In this document: one piece after another, positions 28,285 to 37,869 of the stretch | How positions within the stretch are numbered: position 1 is the first letter of the stretch | Layout of the letters: each line of letters opens with the position of its first letter | From: a virus | DNA length: 64,000 bases | Virus record (IMG/VR): IMGVR_UViG_3300038441_000458 | Span: 4,199-68,198 of that record | Direction: 5' to 3' (one strand) | Notes under the pieces: generated by a model | What the model was told of the DNA's origin: nothing | The model's database searches: none | The model's input: the letters and a program-made list of their open reading frames with translations, nothing else | Program-made: the position numbers and the translations under genes

Positions 28285-28959
28285 ATGGCACGCACCAGGG
28301 GCATGGGCCCGATCTACGATGAGGACGGAAAGCAGGTATGCGGCGGCAAGTTGCGGCACCGCGAAGGCACCTGCCGCAACCCGCCAGTGCCAGGACGGAA
28401 CCGTTGCAAGTGGCACGGCGGGAAGACACCGGTAGGCATCGCCAGCCCGCATTTCAAGCACGGCAGGACCAGCACGTACATGGACGCCTTGCCGGACAGG
28501 ATGCGCGGCGACTTCACCGCAGCGATGCTCGACCCGGACTTGCTGAGGCTCACGGAGCAGGTGGCCGTCGTGGACACCAGGCTACTGGACCTTATGCGCA
28601 CGGCGAACGTCGGCGTGACGACGCAGTTGTGGCGCGACCTGCGAGCACAGTGGCGCGCGTTCAAGGTAGCGCAGGGAGGAGGAGACGTTCCCGGCATGAA
28701 CGCGGCGATCACGGCGATGGACAGCCTGATCCAGCACGGAGCCAGCGAGGCGGCGGCATGGGACGAAATCGGGAAGCAGATCGACCGCAGCGTACGCGTC
28801 CGGGAAGCGGAGCAGAAGCGCAGGATCGCGATGGAACTCATGGTAGACATGAATAAGCTCGACAACCTGAAAGGGCAGATTCTCGGAGCGATCAAGGCTG
28901 AGGTGACAGACCGCGAGACGCTGGTGCGACTCGCCGAACGATTGTCGCAGGTGATGTGA
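28285..28959 (+). CDS. terS: Terminase small subunit (HGGxSTG-type)
   Basis: CGGK...CRNPPVPGRNRCKWHGGKT; upstream of TerL. Confidence 0.7.
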   Translation: MARTRGMGPIYDEDGKQVCGGKLRHREGTCRNPPVPGRNRCKWHGGKTPVGIASPHFKHGRTSTYMDALPDRMRGDFTAAMLDPDLLRLTEQVAVVDTRLLDLMRTANVGVTTQLWRDLRAQWRAFKVAQGGGDVPGMNAAITAMDSLIQHGASEAAAWDEIGKQIDRSVRVREAEQKRRIAMELMVDMNKLDNLKGQILGAIKAEVTDRETLVRLAERLSQVM

Positions 28960-29171
28960 TGGACCAGGACGGCGAAGACACGGAGAGTTGGCAGGTGGTC
29001 TTGCACCATCGACCCGTCTGGGAGGCGCGGGTGGAGAGCCCGTTCGACCAGAGCACGCTGAGAGGCTACGGCGAGACGAAGGAAGACGCTGAGCGGCAAG
29101 TGATGCTGAAGCTGTTCGGGAACGCAGCAGAGCACGATATTGAGCTCAGCAGGTATACGGCAGGCGAATGA
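28956..29171 (+). CDS. Hypothetical protein
   Basis: Coupled small ORF between the terminase genes. Confidence 0.5.
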   Translation: MMDQDGEDTESWQVVLHHRPVWEARVESPFDQSTLRGYGETKEDAERQVMLKLFGNAAEHDIELSRYTAGE

Positions 29172-30733
29172 GCGTCCAGTACACCGGCCTGTCGGCCGCA
29201 GAACGATTCTTGCAGGACATTGCGACCGGGCTCCTCGGCGAGGTAGACCCGAAGACCACGGCGCGCGAGCGGTTCCCGCGAGAAGTGCCCGCGTTCATCC
29301 GAACGGCGCTCGGCTTCGACATGTGGCCGATCCAGGAGGAGATCGCGCAGGCGATTGAGGACCACAGCAGCATCGCCGTCCGTTCGTGCCACGCCGCAGG
29401 CAAGAGCGCGATCAGCGCACGCATTTGCCTTGCCTTCCTGCACACCAGACCGAACAGCATCGTGGTGACGACCGCTCCCACTGCACGCCAGGTGCAGAAC
29501 ATTCTCTGGCGCTACATCAACACCAGCGCGAGGAGGAGCAGCATTCCGCTGATGGGACGCGCCTTGCAGACACGCTACGAAATCGAGTCGGACTGGTACG
29601 CACTCGGGTTCAAAGGGAGCGACGACAACAGCGACGCCTTCCAGGGCTTCCACGCTGAGGACATTCTGGTGATCGCCGACGAATCGGCAGGCGTGTCGGA
29701 GAGCGTGTTCGAGGGCATGGACAGCATCCTCACCGGCGCAGGCGCGAAGCAACTCCTGATCGGCAACCCAACCAGCGTGAGCGGCACCTTCCGGCGTGCA
29801 TTCCACGAAGCGCGAGCGGTCTACCACGGCATCAAGATCAGCGCCTACGACACGCCGAACTTCACGACCTTCGGCATCACCAGGGAGGACATGCTCAGCG
29901 GCGAGTGGAAGCAGAAGATCGCCGGGAAGACCTTGCCCTACCCGGCGCTGATCGACCCGCGTTGGGTGGCGAAACAGATCATCACGCACGGAGCGGAGAG
30001 CCCATACGTCAGGAGCCGGGTGGATGCGGAGTTCCCGGAAGACGACGGCACGACCCTCATCCCGCTGTCGTGGATCGAGCGAGCAGAGAACAACGTCGGC
30101 ACCTTGCACCAGGAGGACGCCGAACGGTTCGTAGGGATCGACGCGGCGCGCTTCGGCGACGATGAGACCAGCGTGCTGTTGCGGCACGGCATGGAGAGCG
30201 GCCCGCACGATAGCTGGAACGGGCTGGACACGATGGAGAGCGTCGGACGGGTGGTTGCCTTCCTGGACAAGTACGGGTACACGAAGGAGAACACCACTGA
30301 GGTTCGGGTGGACGACGTTGGCGTTGGCGCAGGCATTGCCGACCGGATGAAAGAACTCGGCTGGAAGGTGCGGCGCGTCAACGTGGGCGGCAAGAGCAGC
30401 GACAAGGAGAAGTGGCCGAACCTTCGACACGAACTGTGGTGGCAGTTGCGGATGCGCTACCAGGAGGACCGGATTGCCCCCATGGCCGCAGGGCGATGGA
30501 ACGCATGGCAGGGCAAGTTCGACGATGAGATGAAGGGACAATTGAGCGACATCAAGTTCCGCTACGACAGCAACCACACCAGGCCACTGATCGAGCGGAA
30601 GGAGGAGGCGAAGAAACGCGGCGTCAAGAGCCCGGATAGAGCGGAGGCGCAGATGCTGGCGTTCGGGAACTACCCGCGCGGCGAAGGCGTCCCAGGCGTC
30701 ATGGCATTCGGCACGACGAAAAGTCGACGGTAG
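29168..30733 (+). CDS. terL: Terminase large subunit
   Basis: SCHAAGKS Walker A, VIADES Walker B, IGNP, GIDAARFGDD and SPDRAEA nuclease motifs. Confidence 0.92.
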   Translation: MSVQYTGLSAAERFLQDIATGLLGEVDPKTTARERFPREVPAFIRTALGFDMWPIQEEIAQAIEDHSSIAVRSCHAAGKSAISARICLAFLHTRPNSIVVTTAPTARQVQNILWRYINTSARRSSIPLMGRALQTRYEIESDWYALGFKGSDDNSDAFQGFHAEDILVIADESAGVSESVFEGMDSILTGAGAKQLLIGNPTSVSGTFRRAFHEARAVYHGIKISAYDTPNFTTFGITREDMLSGEWKQKIAGKTLPYPALIDPRWVAKQIITHGAESPYVRSRVDAEFPEDDGTTLIPLSWIERAENNVGTLHQEDAERFVGIDAARFGDDETSVLLRHGMESGPHDSWNGLDTMESVGRVVAFLDKYGYTKENTTEVRVDDVGVGAGIADRMKELGWKVRRVNVGGKSSDKEKWPNLRHELWWQLRMRYQEDRIAPMAAGRWNAWQGKFDDEMKGQLSDIKFRYDSNHTRPLIERKEEAKKRGVKSPDRAEAQMLAFGNYPRGEGVPGVMAFGTTKSRR

Positions 30734-30750
30734 CAGCGAGGAGCGGAGAC

Positions 30751-31353
30751 ATGCTGGCACCAGGAACAGAGTGGCAGGACATTGCGATTGCGGTAGGAGC
30801 GTACATCGTGGCCATTGCGGCGGTGACGGTGATCGGCTACACGGCAGCGGTCAGGCGCAACCAGCGAGCGGAGCGCGAGCGGGAAGCGCGCAACCGGCTC
30901 GGCACCGCGAGTCCGTCGAAGCTGCTGCTGCAGAACGCACGGCGAGACCGCGAGCGTGGCTACCAGACGCACACGGTAGACGGGCAGGAGTACGCGACCT
31001 TCCCGGACGGGCACACCACGCCGATTGGACCAGCGATGAAGCGACTGGTGGCGACCATCGACAGCGAGATACAGAGCATTGACGCCGTGTCCACCCGGTT
31101 GCGCCAGGAGGAGGACGCAGCGCGAGCGGCGCGCAAGGCGGAACTGGTTGCGTCGATCCGGGTCATGAGCAGGGATGGGAGCCTGATGCGGCTAGAGGAC
31201 TACATGTGGGCACGCAGCAAGGGTGTCCTGAAGCGACCAGAACTCTACCGGTTGACCTTCGACCCGGCACCCGGATACGACGAAGACGAAGCGGAACTCC
31301 TCACGGAAGTTCTCAGCGAGACACGCAAGCACATAGGGGACATAGGAGCATGA
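30751..31353 (+). CDS. Membrane-anchored hypothetical protein
   Basis: N-terminal TM helix; GAGGAG/GGAG RBS. Confidence 0.65.
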   Translation: MLAPGTEWQDIAIAVGAYIVAIAAVTVIGYTAAVRRNQRAEREREARNRLGTASPSKLLLQNARRDRERGYQTHTVDGQEYATFPDGHTTPIGPAMKRLVATIDSEIQSIDAVSTRLRQEEDAARAARKAELVASIRVMSRDGSLMRLEDYMWARSKGVLKRPELYRLTFDPAPGYDEDEAELLTEVLSETRKHIGDIGA

Positions 31354-31664
31354 GCCGAACCATGATCCTCTCACCACGGAGGCGGAACGTGCTCTGCCTT
31401 CGTGCAGCCGGATTCAGCCAGGAGCAGATTGCGGCGACGCTCGGCATCACCGAAGGGTTGGTGCGGAAGGACGTTGTGGCGATCAGCAAGCTCCTCATTC
31501 CCGGCGTGACCGATGGACTCCCCGGCGAGGCGAAGGCGTACCGGCTGGTGTACGTGCTCGGGCTGCTGGACGCAGGCGTGCCCGCAGAGGAGGTAGGCGA
31601 CTACATGCGCGCCTTGGTGGACCGGGTGATGATGCGCCAGGCGCAGGAGACCGCTGAAGCGTAG
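31350..31664 (+). CDS. LuxR/sigma-region-4-like HTH regulator
   Basis: LSPRRRNVL..RAAGFSQEQIAATLGITEGLVR. Confidence 0.75.
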   Translation: MSRTMILSPRRRNVLCLRAAGFSQEQIAATLGITEGLVRKDVVAISKLLIPGVTDGLPGEAKAYRLVYVLGLLDAGVPAEEVGDYMRALVDRVMMRQAQETAEA

Positions 31665-31759
31665 TCGGGACGGAACGCACCCTGCCATGCCACATTGCGC
31701 TACGACAACGTGCATAATCGTGGCACAATGGCGCATCGGCTACGAAGGCGGGGAGTGAC

Positions 31760-33517
31760 ATGACACGACGGACACCAGGCGAGCGGCAGGCAACAGTCGA
31801 GAAGTTGATCGCACGGCGCGCGGCGCATCCAGAGGAGACGCACCAGCAGACGGCGACCGCACTCGGCGTGTCGCGGCAGTGGGTGTCGAAAGAGTTGCGA
31901 GCGCGCGAGGACGTTCCGGCCGCGAGCCACCGCGAGGTAGCCATACCCGCGCACAACACCAGCAGAGCGGTCGTGGGCGTCGCACAGCGAGGCGGAGGAC
32001 GCAAGACCAGCACAAACCAGTTTGGCCCGCAGGGCGGGCTCCTGACGATCCTGCCACCACCAGACGAATACAGCCGGTGGGCAGAGTTCGGGCTGGACAT
32101 GAAGGATTGGGACCGCATCGGCACGGCGAAGCTGATGCGCGTGCTGCGGAACATGTCGCCCGACATGAGCAGGGCGATCTGGGACTACATGCGTCTCCTC
32201 AACAACGGCTACGAAATCACGGCGTACAAGCCAGGCGGCACCGATCCCGACACGCGAGCGCAGGCGAGAGTTGACGAACTGACCAGCCTGATCGAGGACC
32301 TGTACGGGAGCGCGAAGGTGCAGTTCGGTCGGATGTTCATGAATAAGCTGATGCGCGGCGCGATGCTGGTCGAGCTTGTCCTGGACGACGCAGGACGGCG
32401 AGCGGTGGACCTTGTGGTTCCCGACCCGGCGACCGTCCGGTTCCGGCGCGTGGAAGACCCGGTACGCGGCATGATCTGGCAGATGGGGCAATGGCAGAAC
32501 GGCACCTTCGTGATCCTCGACCAGCCGACCATTCGCTACATTGCGACCGATCCCGACCCGGACAACCCGTATGGCCAGCCGATGCTGACCAGCGCGATAT
32601 TCCCGATCCTGTTCCTGATCGGCCTGTTGCAGGACCTGCGGCGCGTCGTGGCGCAGCAGGGCTACCCGCGCACGGACATTGTGGTCAAGATGGAGCAACT
32701 GCGCGACGCATTCGAGACCACCAGCGACGCAGACCTGCGCGAACTCGCTCGCGCTACGGTGCGGGAAATCACGGAATACTACGGACAACTGGAACCAGAC
32801 GATGCGTTCGCCCACACGGACTTCGTAGAGGTGAGCACGAACGGCGGCGCTATCGGGACGCAGGTGCTGGCGAGCATCCAGCCGCTGATCGAGGTGTTGG
32901 AGCGCCAGGCGATGCGGGCGCTGAAGAGCACACCGCTGATGATGGGGATGGTGTCGCAGACCAGCGAGGCGAACGCAAACCGGCAGTGGGAAATCTTCGC
33001 AGCCGGAATCAAGAGCATCCAGCAGGACGCCGAAACCTTGCTCGGGCAACTCTACGAATTGAACCTCGAAATCCAGGGCATCCAGGCGACCGTCGAAGTG
33101 CGCTTCGCAGAACTGCGAGCGGCAGAGGAGGCGCGCGACGAACAGACGTTCAAGGCGAAGCTCGAGAATGCGATTGTCGCCCGCGACCAGGGATTCTGGG
33201 ACCAGGAGCAGGCGAGCATGCACGCCATTGGCGAGCCGCCAGCGTTGGCTGAGGCACCCGCACCAGCGGCCGTCCCGACCACGGACGATGAGGACCAGAC
33301 AGAGGACCAGGCGGAGCAGGAAGACGGAGACGACAGCGAGCGGCGCACGGAGATACGACGGCGCATGGCGCTGATGGGCGTGACGCGAGCGGTGGACATT
33401 AGCGACGTGGACGACGCGGCGATCATGGACGCAGCGGCGACATGGGAGGACGTGTTCGCCGACACGCGGTACGAGGACCTGATCTACGCCGACCTGATCG
33501 GAGCGACCGATGCCTAG
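31760..33517 (+). CDS. Portal protein (with N-terminal HTH-like extension)
   Basis: Size and position between TerL and MuF; DPDNPYGQP motif; acidic tail. Confidence 0.75.
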   Translation: MTRRTPGERQATVEKLIARRAAHPEETHQQTATALGVSRQWVSKELRAREDVPAASHREVAIPAHNTSRAVVGVAQRGGGRKTSTNQFGPQGGLLTILPPPDEYSRWAEFGLDMKDWDRIGTAKLMRVLRNMSPDMSRAIWDYMRLLNNGYEITAYKPGGTDPDTRAQARVDELTSLIEDLYGSAKVQFGRMFMNKLMRGAMLVELVLDDAGRRAVDLVVPDPATVRFRRVEDPVRGMIWQMGQWQNGTFVILDQPTIRYIATDPDPDNPYGQPMLTSAIFPILFLIGLLQDLRRVVAQQGYPRTDIVVKMEQLRDAFETTSDADLRELARATVREITEYYGQLEPDDAFAHTDFVEVSTNGGAIGTQVLASIQPLIEVLERQAMRALKSTPLMMGMVSQTSEANANRQWEIFAAGIKSIQQDAETLLGQLYELNLEIQGIQATVEVRFAELRAAEEARDEQTFKAKLENAIVARDQGFWDQEQASMHAIGEPPALAEAPAPAAVPTTDDEDQTEDQAEQEDGDDSERRTEIRRRMALMGVTRAVDISDVDDAAIMDAAATWEDVFADTRYEDLIYADLIGATDA

Positions 33518-34187
33518 GGAGGATAGCAGTTGGGACTGGGACCGGAAGTCGCGGCGCTATCGCGGGAAGGACACCGGCCGCTACATGAGTCACGGCCAGG
33601 TGACGAACCTGCGAGACAAATACACGGACGCGCGGCGCACGACGATCCGCAGCCTTGTCCGGGAGACCTTGCCGCTGAACGCGAAGGCTGACCCGCTGTC
33701 GTGGAACGTTGGCGTCCGGGTACTGAGGGAGAAGGGCTGGCGGGAAGTCGAGCGGAGCATGATCGCGCAGTACACGTTCGGCAGAGGCGGCACGAACGCC
33801 ATGACCAGCGCAGACCGCGTGATCGTGCAGCAGATGTTGCGCGACCAGAAGGGCTATTGGGATCGGTTCATGATGGAGGCGTTGCAGAGCCCGGACATGA
33901 GCATGGAGTACGCGGCGAACAGGGCGACGATGTATGCCGATGCCAGCACCGCGTTCTACGAGCGAGGACGCGAGACGGCGTTCGACATTCGGTTGCCAGG
34001 GCATCCGGGAGACGGTGGCACCGAATGCCTCAGCCGATGCCGATGCAGTTGGGAAATCGTGGAACGGAAGACGAAGGTTGAGGCGATCTGGCACGCCAAC
34101 GGCGGCGACAACGTGTGCGACGGATGCCGTGGCAGAGCGGCACAATGGAGCCTGCTCACGTTCGAGCGGGTGACGGAAGGAACGTAG
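33510..34187 (+). CDS. Minor head / MuF-like morphogenesis protein
   Basis: PGDGGTECLSRCRC, VCDGC; follows the portal. Confidence 0.7.
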   Translation: MPREDSSWDWDRKSRRYRGKDTGRYMSHGQVTNLRDKYTDARRTTIRSLVRETLPLNAKADPLSWNVGVRVLREKGWREVERSMIAQYTFGRGGTNAMTSADRVIVQQMLRDQKGYWDRFMMEALQSPDMSMEYAANRATMYADASTAFYERGRETAFDIRLPGHPGDGGTECLSRCRCSWEIVERKTKVEAIWHANGGDNVCDGCRGRAAQWSLLTFERVTEGT

Positions 34188-34360
34188 ACGATGTGCAGGA
34201 ACTGTTCAGGAGCCGCAGGAGCGGCAGAAGACGATCAGACGGCAGAAGATACCCGGAAGGCGGAGGAGGACGCACAGCGACCCGCTCAGACGGCCAGGCG
34301 ACCGGTTCCAGCCGACCCTCGCCAGAAGCGACCGGTTGGGAGCCGGATGCAGAAACCGCA

Positions 34361-34603
34361 ATGAGCGCGAGCGCGAGCGACCTTGGCATCCGGGAAGTGG
34401 AGATTCGGGAGGAGTGGCGAGCCCGGATTACGACGCACCCGATGCGGGCGACGGTGTACCTTCCGTGGCGCGAGGACCAGGCGACGGTGACGATGGAGGC
34501 GCGCAACCGGAAGGCGAACCATCCAGACTGGCGCGTCGAAATCGAGCGGAGGACGGTAAAGGTCTACGTGCTTGCCAGCCACCAGACCGTCACGGTAGAA
34601 TGA
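34361..34603 (+). CDS. Hypothetical protein
   Basis: ORF ending before the terminator. Confidence 0.45.
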   Translation: MSASASDLGIREVEIREEWRARITTHPMRATVYLPWREDQATVTMEARNRKANHPDWRVEIERRTVKVYVLASHQTVTVE

Positions 34604-34621
34604 CCACGGACTGAGAGACCC

Positions 34622-34671
34622 ATGACCATTGGCCGGCTGCCCCGAATGCACCGGCCAATGGTCATTTTTGT
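34622..34671 (+). terminator. Intrinsic terminator
   Basis: ATGACCATTGGCCGG...CCGGCCAATGGTCAT followed by TTTTGT. Confidence 0.75.
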
Positions 34672-34693
34672 GCCTGCAAAATTGGTTCTTGAA

Positions 34694-34788
34694 AACACTT
34701 GACAACAGGCGCAGCGACCCCCATACTTCAGTCAAGAGGTTGAGGCGACGGGATGGACCCGGAGCCGGAAACCAAAGGAGACTCCCAA
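34694..34788 (+). promoter_or_regulatory. Repeated promoter-leader cassette 6
   Basis: TTGACA-N17-CATACT, AGGTTGAGG, cggg-ATGGA-cccg; AAAGGAG RBS variant. Confidence 0.85.
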
Positions 34789-34974
34789 ATGTTCACAGTC
34801 CTGCTTCGATACAACTACTCGACCAACCCGAACGGTGGAGTCGTCCTCGGACGATACTCCAACCGGGAGGAGGCCGCTGAAAAGGCGGCTGAGGTCCAGA
34901 AGGACCTCACCTCCGAGTACTCGGCCGTCGTGGTCGAGAACTCGGAGGTCCTCTGGCCAGTCCACTGGCTATAG
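34789..34974 (+). CDS. Hypothetical protein (cassette gene)
   Basis: ORF behind the leader. Confidence 0.7.
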   Translation: MFTVLLRYNYSTNPNGGVVLGRYSNREEAAEKAAEVQKDLTSEYSAVVVENSEVLWPVHWL

Positions 34975-35017
34975 GGCTCCGGTCCACCGGGAGTAGCGAC
35001 CCCGGTGGACAACCGCA

Positions 35018-35090
35018 AGCGACCAGCGACCAGCGACCAGCGACCAGCGACCAGCGACCAGCGACCAGCGACCAGCGACCAGCGACCAGC
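35018..35090. repeat. Tandem heptamer repeat (AGCGACC) x10
   Basis: Ten perfect copies plus AGC, intergenic. Confidence 0.95.
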
Positions 35091-35107
35091 ACAGAAGGGC
35101 AAACACC

Positions 35108-35362
35108 ATGACCAGCACGACCCGCAAGACGTGGAGCATTCGACCTACCTGCGGCCACGAAGCACTCCACAACTACACCAGCCCGCGCCTTGCGAAGGCG
35201 CACGCGCAAGCGCACGCAGACCGCAGCGGGTGCCCGGTCCACCTGACCTTCACGGACGTTGACGGATCGCCCGTCGCCGTCAAGACCTTGCGACCACGCT
35301 TCCACGGTCCGTGGCTCCCCTGCCAGACCGCGAGGAGCGAGCGCCAGGCGTTCGACGACTAG
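35108..35362 (+). CDS. Hypothetical protein (cassette gene)
   Basis: ATG after GAAGGGCAA. Confidence 0.65.
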   Translation: MTSTTRKTWSIRPTCGHEALHNYTSPRLAKAHAQAHADRSGCPVHLTFTDVDGSPVAVKTLRPRFHGPWLPCQTARSERQAFDD

Positions 35363-35382
35363 CCCGAATATCCGTTCCCCGG

Positions 35383-35476
35383 AACGCTTGACAACGGGAG
35401 CGGCAACCCGCATGATTCACTCAACAGGCGAAGGGGAGCGGATGGACCGCTTCCCGGAGCCGGAAGGGCAAGCACC
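35383..35476 (+). promoter_or_regulatory. Repeated promoter-leader cassette 7
   Basis: TTGACA-N17-CATGAT, ggggagcgg-ATGGA-ccgcttccc, GAAGGGCAA. Confidence 0.85.
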
Positions 35477-35791
35477 ATGTTCTACGTACACCAGCGCTGG
35501 GACGGGCTCTCGGCACGACGCACACAGAGCCACCGCTCGTTGTTCGCAGCCATGAACCACGCTGACGAAATCGCGGCGCTGGTGAAGTCGGAACGGAATA
35601 AGGGCATCTTCGATGCGAACATCCAGCCAGACTACGTGGTCGTCGAGACCGATTCCGGCGCTGAGGTGAAGCGGGTGCGGATCGCGATTGACCCGACCTT
35701 GGAGCCGTGGTGCGGATGGGAGCCGGGTCGGCCGTGGCACGGATGCGGCAAGTGCGACCGCTGCCGGGAGCACGCAGCACGGACGGCGTAG
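35477..35791 (+). CDS. Hypothetical protein with C-terminal Cys cluster (cassette gene)
   Basis: ORF behind the leader; CGKCDRC. Confidence 0.7.
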   Translation: MFYVHQRWDGLSARRTQSHRSLFAAMNHADEIAALVKSERNKGIFDANIQPDYVVVETDSGAEVKRVRIAIDPTLEPWCGWEPGRPWHGCGKCDRCREHAARTA

Positions 35792-35845
35792 GACACACGA
35801 CCAGGAGCCCGGAAACGGGCTCCACCACACTGAAGGGCAAGCACG

Positions 35846-36028
35846 ATGAACATTCTGGAAACGCGGGTGAAGCTGACGTGGATCAGCCCGGAAGGCAAGC
35901 TCCTCACGATCCTGTACTTCTCCAGCGTGGAGAGCGCGAACCACTGGACACGGCAGAAGATCGGAACCTTCATCTTCGACGCGGTGCCCTACCGGACGGA
36001 ACGCCAGCGCGAGGAGTACCAGGCATGA
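35846..36028 (+). CDS. Hypothetical protein (cassette gene)
   Basis: Behind internal hairpin 35804 and GAAGGGCAA. Confidence 0.7.
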   Translation: MNILETRVKLTWISPEGKLLTILYFSSVESANHWTRQKIGTFIFDAVPYRTERQREEYQA

Positions 36029-36101
36029 TCGACGTGCGACGCGGGTAGGATTCATCTACCACCAGGAGCCCGCCTACCGTCCCTGAAAATTGCCCTCGGA
36101 A

Positions 36102-36196
36102 AACGCTTGACAACGGGATACGGAGCCCCCATACTTCAGTTATCAGGTTGAGGGAGCCGGATGGACCGGCTCCCAGAAACCGGAAGGGCAAACACG
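36102..36196 (+). promoter_or_regulatory. Repeated promoter-leader cassette 8
   Basis: TTGACA-N17-CATACT, gggagccgg-ATGGA-ccggctccc, GAAGGGCAA. Confidence 0.85.
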
Positions 36197-36442
36197 ATGA
36201 AGGCTTCCGAACTCCAGATCACCGCCACCATGATCCACAACCGCAAGCTCGACCTCGCCGAAATGACGAACCGCGCGAGCGACCTCTACAACAATGGGAA
36301 GTTCGAACAGGCCGACGAACTCCGACCGCAGATGAACTGCGTTGGCAGCGAAATCGCCGGAATCCTCAGCCTCTGCACCCGGCTCGGCGTCCTCCAGGAC
36401 GTATGTGCCCTGCTTCCGGCGCACACGGAGCGCATCGGCTAG
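36197..36442 (+). CDS. Hypothetical protein (cassette gene)
   Basis: ORF behind the leader. Confidence 0.7.
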   Translation: MKASELQITATMIHNRKLDLAEMTNRASDLYNNGKFEQADELRPQMNCVGSEIAGILSLCTRLGVLQDVCALLPAHTERIG

Positions 36443-36495
36443 AGTACGCAGGGAGCCCGGCGACGGGCTCCCACCACACTGAAGGGCAAGCTCCA

Positions 36496-36702
36496 ATGAC
36501 CACGCAGAAGACCATCACCATCCGCCAGTACTTCCACCCGGTGCTTCGCCGCACGATGCAGTTGCGGGAGATCGGCAACGGACTCGCTGAGGTGTACGAC
36601 AGTGGCGGCTGGACCGGAGCGACGCAGCCGATCCCGGAAGCGGAGAAGAACCTGTACGGGATGGGCTACAAGCTCGACCGGCTGTTTGAGGCAACGCTCT
36701 AG
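36496..36702 (+). CDS. Hypothetical protein (cassette gene)
   Basis: Behind hairpin 36451 and GAAGGGCAA. Confidence 0.7.
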   Translation: MTTQKTITIRQYFHPVLRRTMQLREIGNGLAEVYDSGGWTGATQPIPEAEKNLYGMGYKLDRLFEATL

Positions 36703-36753
36703 GACACGCAGGGAGCCCGGAGACGGGCTCCCACAACGGAGAGGACCAGCACC

Positions 36754-36993
36754 ATGGCATTGCACGCACAACCGTCCCAGGAGCCCGCAGACTGCGGCCA
36801 CCACTACCCGGAGTACATCGGCACGAACGACCTCGGCGAGCCCGTTCACGTTCGGAACGTGTACGTCCACCCGGAGGACCTGACCACCACGCTGTGCCCG
36901 CACTGCTTCGACGATGCGATGTACGCCAGGGTCCCGAAGATGAGCCAGGACCAGATCGCGGCCGCGTTCGGCGCGAACGGCATCGCCAAATAA
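36754..36993 (+). CDS. Hypothetical protein, possible Zn-binding (cassette gene)
   Basis: Behind hairpin 36711; CGH...CPHC. Confidence 0.7.
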   Translation: MALHAQPSQEPADCGHHYPEYIGTNDLGEPVHVRNVYVHPEDLTTTLCPHCFDDAMYARVPKMSQDQIAAAFGANGIAK

Positions 36994-37004
36994 TCGTTCG
37001 CCGG

Positions 37005-37098
37005 AACACTTGACAACGCGAGCGCCAGGCCCCATGATTCAGTCAACGGGTTAGGGAACCGGATGGACCGGCTCCCGACACCACGAAGGGCAAGCAGC
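37005..37098 (+). promoter_or_regulatory. Repeated promoter-leader cassette 9
   Basis: TTGACA-N17-CATGAT, ccgg-ATGGA-ccgg, GAAGGGCAA. Confidence 0.85.
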
Positions 37099-37335
37099 AT
37101 GTATCAGGTTGCAGCATACGGGTACAACCGAATCACCAGCATCGCACACGGCGCAAGCATGGAGGAGGCGCGATCGGTTGCCAGGGAGTACGTGGCGAAG
37201 GAAGACGTTGGACACGTGGCGATCATCGGCGACAGCGGCATCACCGCTGAGTACTGGAAGTGCATCGACGGGAAACCGCGATCATTCGACGCTCGGGCGA
37301 ATCACATGGCCTACCGCGACATGATGTCGGCGTAG
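37099..37335 (+). CDS. Hypothetical protein (cassette gene)
   Basis: ORF behind the leader. Confidence 0.7.
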   Translation: MYQVAAYGYNRITSIAHGASMEEARSVAREYVAKEDVGHVAIIGDSGITAEYWKCIDGKPRSFDARANHMAYRDMMSA

Positions 37336-37387
37336 GAGACGCAGGGAGCCCGGAGACGGGCTCCCGACACCACGAAGGGCAAGTGAC

Positions 37388-37639
37388 ATGCGAAGCTACA
37401 CCATTACCTACCGCGAGAAGGTCAACGGCACCTTCACCGTCACGCACGACCTTCACAACTGGCGACACGTCCAGAACGCAAGCGACCAGGCGAAGGCGTA
37501 CATGGAGGACACGGCGAACCACGGACCGGTTGCTTGGGCGAGGATCACGAACGATGATACCGGTGTCGTCGCCAGAGTCCTGGAATGGGACGGAGGACGC
37601 GTCCGATCCCGGAAGTGGAGCCCAACCTTCGACGCGTAG
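37388..37639 (+). CDS. Hypothetical protein (cassette gene)
   Basis: Behind hairpin 37344 and GAAGGGCAA. Confidence 0.7.
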   Translation: MRSYTITYREKVNGTFTVTHDLHNWRHVQNASDQAKAYMEDTANHGPVAWARITNDDTGVVARVLEWDGGRVRSRKWSPTFDA

Positions 37640-37698
37640 GGATCGACCAGCACGGAGCCCGGAGACGGGCTCCACCACCGACACGGAAGGGTAAGACC

Positions 37699-37857
37699 AT
37701 GAAGCGAGCCACGAAGCAGGAAATCGACGCGCTCTGGGAGAAGTTGCAACGGGTCCAGATACTCCAGGAGCCGAAGGGTCTGACTCCGAGCACCTATCGC
37801 CGGTTGCACCGGCTCGAAATGGCACTGAGCGAGAAGTTCCTCTCGCTCAACATCTAG
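37699..37857 (+). CDS. Hypothetical protein (cassette gene)
   Basis: Behind hairpin 37654 and GAAGGGTAA. Confidence 0.65.
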   Translation: MKRATKQEIDALWEKLQRVQILQEPKGLTPSTYRRLHRLEMALSEKFLSLNI

Positions 37858-37869
37858 CAGGAGACCAGG

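Noticed and set aside
35018-35090. Proteins with LVAGRWS or QRPATSD repeats
   Set aside because: These are translations of the intergenic heptamer repeat, with no RBS or coding-like context.
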